64,000 bases of DNA from Chthonomonadales bacterium. Its GTDB lineage: Bacteria; Armatimonadota; Chthonomonadetes; Chthonomonadales; CAJBBX01. The position numbers and the translations under genes were made by a program. Below are positions 10,224 through 17,305 of the stretch, one piece after another. The notes beneath the pieces are model-generated. The model was given only the letters and a program-made list of their open reading frames with translations. It ran no database searches and was not told the DNA's origin. Every line of letters starts with the position of its first letter. Within the stretch, counting starts at the first letter, position 1. The stretch spans positions 66,837-130,836 of the forward strand of contig JBBIPC010000005.1 of NCBI GenBank assembly GCA_037443035.1, in the 5' to 3' direction.

Positions 10224-10625
10224 TCACCGGTCGGTCTCTCGGGCTGGTTCACGGGCTTCTTGCACGAATCTGGCGAGGGAACCAGCCAGCTTCTCGAGTA
10301 CGGCCAGCCAATCCTCGAGGTGTAGTCGTCCTGCGGGCGTGAGACGATACAAGTGCCGCGCAGGTCCTCTCCCCGTCACATCCCATTCGGAAGTCACAAA
10401 GCCGTTCGCCTCCAGCATGTGGAGCACACGGTAGAGAGCCGGCAAGTCCACGACCGAGTCGGTCAGAGCATGATCTTCCAGTGCTTTTCCGAGCTCGTAG
10501 CCGTGTGCCGCTCCCCGATCGCGCAGCAGTTGCAGCACTACCGGCTCGATGAACCGGTATAAGTTCCCCATGGCACAAGAACAGGGCTCTTCGCCACCGT
10601 GACGACGGCATCTCCTTCGCTGCAT
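10224..10625 (-). CDS. PadR-family transcriptional regulator with Cys/His-rich N-terminal extension
   Basis: Winged-helix PadR core FIEPVVLQLLRDRGAAHGYELGKALE...LYRVLHMLEANGFV...RHLYRLTPAG. The N-terminus is MQRRRCRRHGGEEPCSC. ATG 10625 has GGAGG 10 nt upstream. The track start 10748 lies inside the AT-rich promoter region and is rejected. Confidence 0.8.
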   Translation of the reverse strand: MQRRRCRRHGGEEPCSCAMGNLYRFIEPVVLQLLRDRGAAHGYELGKALEDHALTDSVVDLPALYRVLHMLEANGFVTSEWDVTGRGPARHLYRLTPAGRLHLEDWLAVLEKLAGSLARFVQEAREPARETDR

Positions 10626-10735
10626 CGGACCTGGACCTCCGGTAGTGTTGGCCGGCGGCGGCATAGCTAGCAGTGACGCCTCCGGAAAAAAAGCAAGAAA
10701 TCTCATGGAACATTGTAACATCTGCCAGCAGCTAT

Positions 10736-10748
10736 ATGTATAATACAT
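10736..10748. promoter_or_regulatory. Palindrome ATGTAT-a-ATACAT containing a TATAAT box, in the divergent PadR / NifX-like intergenic region
   Basis: atgtataatacat has 6-bp perfect arms, with TATAAT at 10739-10744. Two AACATTGT direct repeats flank it (about 10709-10716 and 10761-10768). ATGT/ACAT half-sites are the type reported for PadR operators. Confidence 0.3.
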
Positions 10749-10795
10749 GTAGACGCAACTAACATTGTCTAGGCGGTGCGTAAAAGGAGCATGTC

Positions 10796-11155
10796 ATGAA
10801 GATTGCAATCACGGCCAGCGGACATGAACCGACGAGTACTGTGGACGCCCGCTTTGGGAGAGCTGCCTACTTCATGGTGTACGACACCACGACGTCCACT
10901 TGGACCGCAGTGCCGAACGCGCAGAATGCCGGCGCTCCCCAGGGAGCCGGAGTGCAGGCGGCGCAGTTGTTGGCCAGGGAGAAGGTCTCCGTCGTCATCA
11001 GCGGTCACTGTGGGCCTAAGGCGTTCCGAGCCCTTCAGGCGGGCGCCATAGAAGTGTACAGCGGTGCCAACGGAACAGTGGCGGAGGCTCTGGAGGCGTA
11101 TCAGGCAGGGAAGCTGGTCCGACTGTCGGCACCAGATGTGCAAGGACATTGGTAG
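10796..11155 (+). CDS. NifB/NifX-family (COG1433-like) iron-molybdenum-cluster-binding-domain protein
   Basis: MKIAITASG...VDARFGRAAYFMVYD...GAGVQAAQLLAREKVSVVISGHCGPKAFRALQAGAIEVY matches the dinitrogenase FeMo-cofactor-binding-like fold pattern. RBS AAAAGGAG lies upstream. Confidence 0.85.
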   Translation: MKIAITASGHEPTSTVDARFGRAAYFMVYDTTTSTWTAVPNAQNAGAPQGAGVQAAQLLAREKVSVVISGHCGPKAFRALQAGAIEVYSGANGTVAEALEAYQAGKLVRLSAPDVQGHW

Positions 11156-11210
11156 ACGTTAGGCGCTACCGCGAGACAAGCACTCGACGAGGTAAGAGGA
11201 GGTCAAGAGA

Positions 11211-11522
11211 ATGCCAGGAATGGATGGTAAGGGTCCCGCGGGGCAGGGGCCGATGACAGGTCGAGGATTGGGTCCATGCGGGCGAGGTCTCGCCCGAGGC
11301 CGCGCTCCGGCACGGGGTCTGGGTCTCGGTCGCGGCTGGGGACGCGGGCTGGGTTTCGGACTGGGGCTCGCACTCGGGTGGTGCCGGCGCGCCGCCTGGT
11401 GGGCTGGGACACCTGCCGAGGAACGCGAGGTCTTGAAGGCGCGACAGGAAGTCCTCGAGCGGCAACTCGAGCTGGTCAAGCAACAGCTAGCCGAAACTGA
11501 GACCAAAGAAGAGCAGGCGTAA
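11211..11522 (+). CDS. DUF5320-family protein (Gly/Arg-rich N-terminal part, C-terminal coiled coil)
   Basis: MPGMDGKGPAGQGPMTGRGLGPCGRG... followed by EEREVLKARQEVLERQLELVKQQLAE. This is the same architecture I recall for DUF5320 (MPRGDGTGP..GPMTGRG.G.C). RBS AGAGGAGG. Confidence 0.7.
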   Translation: MPGMDGKGPAGQGPMTGRGLGPCGRGLARGRAPARGLGLGRGWGRGLGFGLGLALGWCRRAAWWAGTPAEEREVLKARQEVLERQLELVKQQLAETETKEEQA

Positions 11523-11528
11523 GCCCGC

Positions 11529-12383
11529 GTGAGGATCGGCGTCGCCAGTGGCAAAGGCGGAACGGGGAAGACGCTCCTTGCCACGAGCCTGGCCTACATC
11601 TTGGCCGAAGCCAGGCCGGTTCAGTACGTCGACTGCGACGTCGAAGAGCCGAACGGTCGGATTTTCCTGAAGCCGCGTATCACACGGTCTGAAGACGTCC
11701 GTGTGGACGTGCCGGTCATCGATGGAGAGGCATGTGCACTCTGCGGCGAGTGCGCCGAGTTCTGCCGGTTCGGAGCACTCGCCGCAATGGGCGAGAAGGT
11801 TCTGCTTTTCCCCGAGCTCTGCCACTCCTGCGGCGGGTGTGCGCTCGTCTGCCCGAACGATGCCATCCGAATGGGCCGTCGTAGTATCGGCAAGGTCGAG
11901 GTGGGACGATCGGGGAAGGTCGGTTTCGTCGAAGGGCGGCTGAACGTCGGCGAACCCATGGCGGCTCCGGTCATCTACGCGACGCTGGAGGCCGCGGACG
12001 AAGAGTCGCTCGTCATCGTGGATGCGCCGCCGGGTACATCCTGCGCGCTCATTGCCGCCATTCGAGCGTGTGACTACGTCTTGCTGGTCACGGAGCCCAC
12101 GCCATTCGGGCTACATGACCTGAGGCTGACGCTAGAGGTCGTCGCGGCTCTGGGGCTTCGCGCAGGGGTCGTGGTCAACCGAGAAGGGCTGGGCGACTTG
12201 GAGGTGGAGCCACTCTGCGCAGAGGCAGGCGTACCCATCCTGGCCAGGATCCCGTTCGACCGGCGGATCGCGGAAGTCTATGCAACGGGAGATAGCGTCA
12301 CCGATGCTCTGCCGGATGTTCGGTCCATCCTTAGCGACCTGGCCTGTGCGGTATTGCAGGAGAGCTCATGCCGGAACTCGTGA
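11529..12383 (+). CDS. MinD/ParA-superfamily P-loop ATPase with inserted 2x[4Fe-4S] ferredoxin domain (COG1149-like)
   Basis: Deviant Walker A GKGGTGKT. Two cluster motifs, CALCGECAEFC and CHSCGGCALVCP. GTG start. Confidence 0.85.
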   Translation: MRIGVASGKGGTGKTLLATSLAYILAEARPVQYVDCDVEEPNGRIFLKPRITRSEDVRVDVPVIDGEACALCGECAEFCRFGALAAMGEKVLLFPELCHSCGGCALVCPNDAIRMGRRSIGKVEVGRSGKVGFVEGRLNVGEPMAAPVIYATLEAADEESLVIVDAPPGTSCALIAAIRACDYVLLVTEPTPFGLHDLRLTLEVVAALGLRAGVVVNREGLGDLEVEPLCAEAGVPILARIPFDRRIAEVYATGDSVTDALPDVRSILSDLACAVLQESSCRNS

Positions 12384-13282
12384 TACTGAGCGGCAAGGGC
12401 GGCACGGGGAAGACCAGCGTCACTGCAGCATTCGCAGCGCTGGCCGTGCCTGTTACGTTGGCCGACTGCGATGTGGATGCCGCCGACTTGCACCTCGTGG
12501 CCGCGCCCGAGACAACCGAAACGCACGAGTTCCGATCGGGCTGGCACGCCGTCCTGGACCAGACTCTTTGTCGGCAATGTGGACGCTGCATCGCGTCGTG
12601 CCGGTTCGATGCAATCCACCGCGATAGGACGCGCTACCGCCAACTCCACATTGACCCGTTCGCCTGCGAAGGGTGCGGCGTGTGCGAGTTCGTCTGCCGC
12701 ATGGGCGCCATCTCCATGGAGGAGCCGATTCGGGGATTCTGGTACCGATCCGTGACCCGGTTCGGACCCATGTTCCATGCCCAACTACACCCGGGCGCAG
12801 AAAACTCCGGGAAGCTGGTGACCCTCCTGCGGCGGAAGGCCCGGCAAGCCGCCGAGCAGCCGAACGGTCTTCTCCTGACCGACGGGCCGCCGGGAGTGGG
12901 CTGCGCCGCCATCGCCACGCTTACGGGAGCGGATCACGTGCTCTTCGTTACGGAACCGACCGCAACCGGGCTACACGACCTGAAACGTGCGGAGAGATTG
13001 GCCGCTGGATTTCGTATCCCCGGCAGCGTCTTGATCAATAAAGCCGATCTCAGCCCGGAGATGAGCCGCTCCATTGCAGAGTATGCCGGCCAAGCGGGTC
13101 TTCATCTCCTGGGAGAGGTGCCGTTCGATGCCGCGTTCGCCCGGGCGCAGGCCGCCGGCCAGACGATATTGGAATACGGTCGGAGTCCTGGAGCCGACGC
13201 GCTACGAGTAGCATGGTCGCGGCTTCAGCGGCTGCTATCCGCCAAGACGCGCACACCGTTTCGAATTGTCAAGAATATGTAG
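12368..13282 (+). CDS. Second MinD/ParA-superfamily P-loop ATPase with inserted ferredoxin domain (COG1149-like)
   Basis: GKGGTGKT, CRQCGRCIASC and CEGCGVCEFVC motifs. It overlaps the previous gene by 16 nt. Confidence 0.85.
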   Translation: MPELVILSGKGGTGKTSVTAAFAALAVPVTLADCDVDAADLHLVAAPETTETHEFRSGWHAVLDQTLCRQCGRCIASCRFDAIHRDRTRYRQLHIDPFACEGCGVCEFVCRMGAISMEEPIRGFWYRSVTRFGPMFHAQLHPGAENSGKLVTLLRRKARQAAEQPNGLLLTDGPPGVGCAAIATLTGADHVLFVTEPTATGLHDLKRAERLAAGFRIPGSVLINKADLSPEMSRSIAEYAGQAGLHLLGEVPFDAAFARAQAAGQTILEYGRSPGADALRVAWSRLQRLLSAKTRTPFRIVKNM

Positions 13283-13298
13283 TTCGAGGGAGCCATCC

Positions 13299-13637
13299 AT
13301 GATCATCGCGATACCGCTCGTGGGAGACCGGTTGTCGGCCCACTTTGGTCATTGCGAGAAGTTCGCCCTCGTCCATGCCGATGGCGGCAAAGAGGGCGTT
13401 CTCAGGCTGGAGACTGTGACCCCACCGCCGCACGCACCGGGTGTCTTCCCGCAGTGGCTGGCCCAGTTGGGTGTACAGGTCGTGATCGTAGGCGGCATGG
13501 GCTCTCGGGCCCAGTCCCTCTTCGCCCAGCAAGGCATCACCGTCGTCACCGGTGCCCCCGTGGACACTCCGGAAGTTCTTGCGCAAGCCTACCTGAGCGG
13601 GTGTCTCCAGAGCGGAGAGAACGTCTGCGATCACTGA
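13299..13637 (+). CDS. NifB/NifX-family (COG1433-like) protein, second copy
   Basis: MIIAIPLVGDRLSAHFGHCEKFALV...PQWLAQLGVQVVIVGGMGSRAQSLFAQQGITVV. ATG 13299 is preceded by GAGGGA. Confidence 0.8.
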   Translation: MIIAIPLVGDRLSAHFGHCEKFALVHADGGKEGVLRLETVTPPPHAPGVFPQWLAQLGVQVVIVGGMGSRAQSLFAQQGITVVTGAPVDTPEVLAQAYLSGCLQSGENVCDH

Positions 13638-13684
13638 CGAGGTGAGGGCCGCCGTAGCTACCCACTAGTCCCCCCAGCCTTCTG

Positions 13685-13732
13685 GATGCCCCCTGATCTC
13701 GCAGACTCGGTCGCGATGCGAGAGGGGGCATC
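13685..13732 (+). terminator. Strong stem-loop after the NifX-like gene (terminator or processing site)
   Basis: GATGCCCCC (13685-13693) pairs with GGGGGCATC (13724-13732), and TCTCGCA (13697-13703) pairs with TGCGAGA (13717-13723). That is 16 bp in total, with a 3-nt bulge and a 13-nt loop. The following T-tract is weak (gtgtcgtgtg). Confidence 0.45.
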
Positions 13733-13797
13733 GTGTCGTGTGCCGACTAACAACAGAGGAGAAAGCAGTCCCCAGAGCAGCGAATGTGTGGATATAC

Positions 13798-13828
13798 TTG
13801 TATAGATATTCACAACGTGTGGTAATAT
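13798..13828 (+). promoter_or_regulatory. AT-rich putative promoter of the cytochrome block
   Basis: TTGTAT (13798-13803) - 19 nt - TAATAT (13823-13828) with TG at -15/-14. This is the only AT-rich patch between 13.6 and 13.9 kb. GTGTGG direct repeats sit at 13786 and 13817. Confidence 0.3.
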
Positions 13829-13907
13829 AGTGGACGATTGGTGGCGCCGGAGCAGTTGCTCCGCTTCGACGTCTGCCAGCTACATAGTGACGGAGGTAAC
13901 GAGCACG

Positions 13908-14255
13908 GTGCAAGGACTATGGAAGCCTGCCATCAGCGTCGTCGTCCTGGTTCTCGGTGCGACAGCACTCGCCATGCCTGCGTACAAGGCGGTGTTGCAC
14001 TCCACCTACAAAGTGAAACCGGGCAGCGTCATCGCCAAGGCCGACTGCGCACTCTGCCACGCGACGAAGTCCAACTTCAAGAAGCTGAACGTGTTTGGCG
14101 CCGACCTTGACAAGGCGCTCAAAGTGGCGAAGTCGAAGGCAATGACCGCGGAGATCCTCAAGAAAGTCGAGACACTTGACTCCGACAAGGACGGGGTGAA
14201 AAACGTGGATGAAATACAGAAGGACACCCTGCCGGGAGATCCGAAGAGCAAGTAG
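13908..14255 (+). CDS. Small monoheme c-type cytochrome with signal/anchor helix and a DxDxDG-type loop
   Basis: It has a single CALCH motif, hydrophobic N-terminus AISVVVLVLGATALA and LDSDKDGVKNVDE near the C-terminus. GTG 13908 has GGAGG 11 nt upstream; the track start is 13830. Confidence 0.7.
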   Translation: MQGLWKPAISVVVLVLGATALAMPAYKAVLHSTYKVKPGSVIAKADCALCHATKSNFKKLNVFGADLDKALKVAKSKAMTAEILKKVETLDSDKDGVKNVDEIQKDTLPGDPKSK

Positions 14256-14367
14256 CGAGCGGTAGCGGATGCCGTGCGAACCCTGACTACCTCGGCTTCC
14301 GCCGCCTACAGGCTGGAAGACCCAACACCCATGCGCTCGTTGCACGAGCGCAAGAAAGGACAAGAGC

Positions 14368-15570
14368 ATGCGGAGAACGCATAAGGCAATCGTCGCAGTC
14401 GCCATTCTGTGTGGCTTCGTGGCCGCCGCGTCCAGCGCCTTGGCAGTACCCGCTTTCGGGCGCAAGACCGGCCTAGACTGCACTTCGTGCCACTTCGGTG
14501 GTTCGAATCGACTCACGAGAATGGGCCTGGATTTCCTCGTTCGCGGACATCGTATGAAGGATGATCAGGGCATTGCCAAGGGTGACAAGAGCCTGAACGT
14601 TCTGGACTACATGTCGTTCTCGTCCAAGGTTCGCTACACCGCGAACAACTCGTCACCGTACACGGCTTTCGACGTGGAGTCCTTCTCTATCTACACGGGC
14701 GGACCTCTTTCCGGGGGTTTCAGCTACTTCGTGGAGTACTACCTCCATGAGCGGGGCAAGGCGGCGTCCTCGACTGGTGGTCAGGTGGACACAGCTACGA
14801 GGTCGAAGCTTGCGGACGCGTATCTCCAATGGAACAGCGCCCCTCAGGGAGATGCGTATTACTACGTTCGAGCGGGCCAGATCTACCCGTACGCCGTCTA
14901 CGTCAATGGTTCTGGCGGTCGCCTGAGTATCAGTCGCCCGACAGTGATCGATGGTGATCTCGGGGGTGGCAACTTGTATACACCACGCGACCGTGCCTAT
15001 GGCCTGTCGGCCGGCTACGCGAACGGTAATGGGTACCGTATGGAAGCAGGGATCGTCAACAGCGGCGGAACCAACAAGCGCGCCAACCTCGCGGAGCAGA
15101 ATACTTTCAAGGATCTTTTCCTCACCGTGGAGAAGGACCTGACGTCTGAGCTAACGTTCGGACTGTACGGCTACAACGGACGCATCAACATCCCGGCGGC
15201 GGGAAGCATCCCCCAGTGGGAGGATCGCTTCACTCGGTATGGCGTCTTCAGCCGTTACGAGACCGAGAGTCTCGCCTTGAGCGCCGCGTACTTCGGAGGC
15301 CAGAACCAGGTCTACGGCGGCGGACACAGGAATCCTGACGGGTACTATCTCGAAGCGGGATACAACGTCCAGCCAACCTTGACGGGATTCGCACGCTACG
15401 ACCACGTCTACAACGACCTGGGCGCCTCATCGCGGCGAACGGATGTCACGTTCGGCGTGTCCCAGAGGCTGACGGATGTGGGGCGACTGGTGCTGCAGTT
15501 CAGCACTACGACAGTACCAGGATCACCATACAAGCGACAGTTGCAGGCGGAGCTGAACTGGCTCTTCTAG
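14368..15570 (+). CDS. Fused monoheme cytochrome c - outer-membrane beta-barrel (Cyc2-like porin-cytochrome)
   Basis: Signal peptide MRRTHKAIVAVAILCGFVAAASSALA, then VPAFGRKTGLDCTSCH (CxxCH at 14479-14493). About 355 aa of alternating-hydrophobic, Gly/Tyr/Asn-rich sequence follow, ending ...AELNWLF with the C-terminal aromatic typical of OM barrels. That it is a gene is near certain; the Cyc2 assignment rests on architecture only. Confidence 0.65.
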   Translation: MRRTHKAIVAVAILCGFVAAASSALAVPAFGRKTGLDCTSCHFGGSNRLTRMGLDFLVRGHRMKDDQGIAKGDKSLNVLDYMSFSSKVRYTANNSSPYTAFDVESFSIYTGGPLSGGFSYFVEYYLHERGKAASSTGGQVDTATRSKLADAYLQWNSAPQGDAYYYVRAGQIYPYAVYVNGSGGRLSISRPTVIDGDLGGGNLYTPRDRAYGLSAGYANGNGYRMEAGIVNSGGTNKRANLAEQNTFKDLFLTVEKDLTSELTFGLYGYNGRINIPAAGSIPQWEDRFTRYGVFSRYETESLALSAAYFGGQNQVYGGGHRNPDGYYLEAGYNVQPTLTGFARYDHVYNDLGASSRRTDVTFGVSQRLTDVGRLVLQFSTTTVPGSPYKRQLQAELNWLF

Positions 15571-15588
15571 GCACCGTACCGTTGTCTC

Positions 15589-15628
15589 GCTGCGGTGCTC
15601 CTCCCACGCCTAGGTGGAGCACCGCAGC
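15589..15628 (+). terminator. Perfect 13-bp stem-loop between the porin-cytochrome and heptaheme genes
   Basis: gctgcggtgctcc (15589-15601) / ggagcaccgcagc (15616-15628) with a 14-nt loop and no U-tract. It is an attenuator, partial terminator or mRNA-stabilising hairpin. Confidence 0.5.
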
Positions 15629-15811
15629 CTCATACGCAACAAGGGAAAGCACGATACAACGTCGCGAGACGATAGCTGCCAACCTCTGTGGCTACGACCT
15701 CCGTTGCCAGGCTGGGGACGTCGGATGCTTGGTGACCCGGGCGCGCCACCGAATGGCCCGTAGGCCCTGGGTACTGGCCACATCCATCGGCCAGCGGACC
15801 ACGATCTGAGG

Positions 15812-17305
15812 ATGAAGCTCCCACGTTCGTTCTACAACGTCACGACCTTCGTGGGAGCCCTCTTTGCGTTCCTGTTCCTCCTCGTTACGTTGTTCCTCTT
15901 CGCGGTGGAGCTGACCGCTCCGCAGTCCCATCCGTACATGGGGCTCGTCGCGTTCATCGTCCTTCCGACTCTTTTCGTCCTGAGTCTGCTTGTCGCGCTC
16001 TTCGGCATCTTCCGGACGTGGCGCCGGCTCCGAAAGCCGACAGCCACTCCCATCCCGCCGTTCCATTTCGATCTCAGTGTCCCGGCCCAACGTAACGCCG
16101 CTCTGCTCGTCATGGGAGGATCGGGGTTCTTCCTGCTGTTCGCCTCGTTCACGAGCTACCAAGCTTACGAGTACACCGATTCCGTCGAGTTCTGCGGAAG
16201 AGCCTGTCACGCGGTGATGAAGCCCGAATACACCGCCTACAAGGCTTCTCCCCACGCGAGGGTGGCCTGCGTGGCATGTCACATCGGCCCTGGAGCGACC
16301 TGGTTCGTCAAGTCCAAACTGAGTGGTACGTACCAGGTCTACTCCACACTCTTCCACAAGTACCACAAGCCCATCGAGACACCCATCGCCAACCTGCGTC
16401 CTGCTCGAGAGACCTGCGAGCAGTGCCACTGGCCCCAGCATTTCTACTCGGCCAAACTTCGCACGCAGGCCTACTTCCTGTCCGACGAGAAGAACACGCG
16501 CTCCAGCACGACGCTGCTGATGAAGATCGGCGGGGGTGATGTCAATCACGGAGCGGCGGCTGGCATCCATTTCCACATGTACCTGAACGCCACCATCTCC
16601 TACGTAGCCCTGGACAAGAAGCGTCTGGTGATCCCCTACGTGGAGGTCCGGTACCCTGACGGTACTTTCAGATCGTATCGAAGCACAGAGAATCCCGTAC
16701 CTGAAGACAAGCTGCGTAAGTCACCTCGCTACGTCGTAGACTGCATCGAGTGTCACAATCGACCGACCCACCGGTTCCGCCATCCGGCGCAGACCGTGAA
16801 CCTGGCCATGTCTTTGAACAAGATCAAGCCGGACCTGCCAGAGATCAAGAAGGTAGCCGTGGAAGCCCTGGAACAGCCATACAAGACGGAGCCGGAGGCC
16901 CTCCGAGGCATTCGCAAGGCTGTACTGGACGCTTTCCGAGCGAACCATCCGGACGTGGCGGCCTCGCGTGGTGCCGACATCGAAGCGGCCATCGAGGAGC
17001 TGCAACGTATCTACCGCACGAATTACTTTCCGGAGATGAAGGTAAGCTGGAAGGAGTTCCCGGATCATATCGGCCATCTGTACTCTCCGGGCTGCTTCCG
17101 ATGCCATGACGACAAGCATGTCAGCCCGGACGGCAAGGTCTTGTCACGCGCGTGCAATCAGTGCCACACGATACTGGCACAGACGGACGGCCAGGGCAAG
17201 ATGTCCGAATCGCTCGAGGGGCTGGCCTTCAAGCACCCAGGCGATGTGGGAGATGCCTGGATGCAGATGAACTGCACAGACTGCCACGCGCAACCAGCAC
17301 AATAG
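15812..17305 (+). CDS. Membrane-anchored heptaheme c-type cytochrome (NapC/NirT- / ImcH-like putative quinone-interacting cytochrome)
   Basis: Two N-terminal TM helices (FVGALFAFLFLLVTLFLFAV; GLVAFIVLPTLFVLSLLVALFGIF). Seven CxxCH motifs: CGRACH, CVACH, CEQCH, CIECH, CFRCH, CNQCH, CTDCH. The first pair, CGRACHAVM...CVACH, resembles NapC/NirT/NrfH spacing. Confidence 0.8.
   Translation: MKLPRSFYNVTTFVGALFAFLFLLVTLFLFAVELTAPQSHPYMGLVAFIVLPTLFVLSLLVALFGIFRTWRRLRKPTATPIPPFHFDLSVPAQRNAALLVMGGSGFFLLFASFTSYQAYEYTDSVEFCGRACHAVMKPEYTAYKASPHARVACVACHIGPGATWFVKSKLSGTYQVYSTLFHKYHKPIETPIANLRPARETCEQCHWPQHFYSAKLRTQAYFLSDEKNTRSSTTLLMKIGGGDVNHGAAAGIHFHMYLNATISYVALDKKRLVIPYVEVRYPDGTFRSYRSTENPVPEDKLRKSPRYVVDCIECHNRPTHRFRHPAQTVNLAMSLNKIKPDLPEIKKVAVEALEQPYKTEPEALRGIRKAVLDAFRANHPDVAASRGADIEAAIEELQRIYRTNYFPEMKVSWKEFPDHIGHLYSPGCFRCHDDKHVSPDGKVLSRACNQCHTILAQTDGQGKMSESLEGLAFKHPGDVGDAWMQMNCTDCHAQPAQ

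Noticed and set aside
10626-10748. Long N-terminal extension of the PadR ORF (track start 10748)
   Set aside because: The extension runs through the AT-rich palindromic promoter region and encodes an implausible peptide (MYYTYSCWQMLQCSMRF..). ATG 10625 has a proper GGAGG RBS.
11159-11584. Pro/Arg-rich 141-aa minus-strand ORF and apparent tandem repeats at 11270-11400
   Set aside because: It is the mirror image of the Gly/Arg-rich low-complexity region of the plus-strand DUF5320 gene, which has an RBS and a recognisable N-terminal motif and coiled coil. It is not a separate gene or a non-coding repeat.
10796-13637. Nitrogen-fixation (nif) cluster
   Set aside because: Only NifX/NifB-C-terminal-fold small proteins and MinD-like ATPases are present. 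The window has no nifH, nifD, nifK, nifE, nifN or radical-SAM nifB, so the name reflects fold only.
14500-14512. ggttcgaatcg T-loop-like string
   Set aside because: It lies inside the well-supported porin-cytochrome coding frame (..FGGSNRL..) with no surrounding tRNA structure, so it is a chance match.
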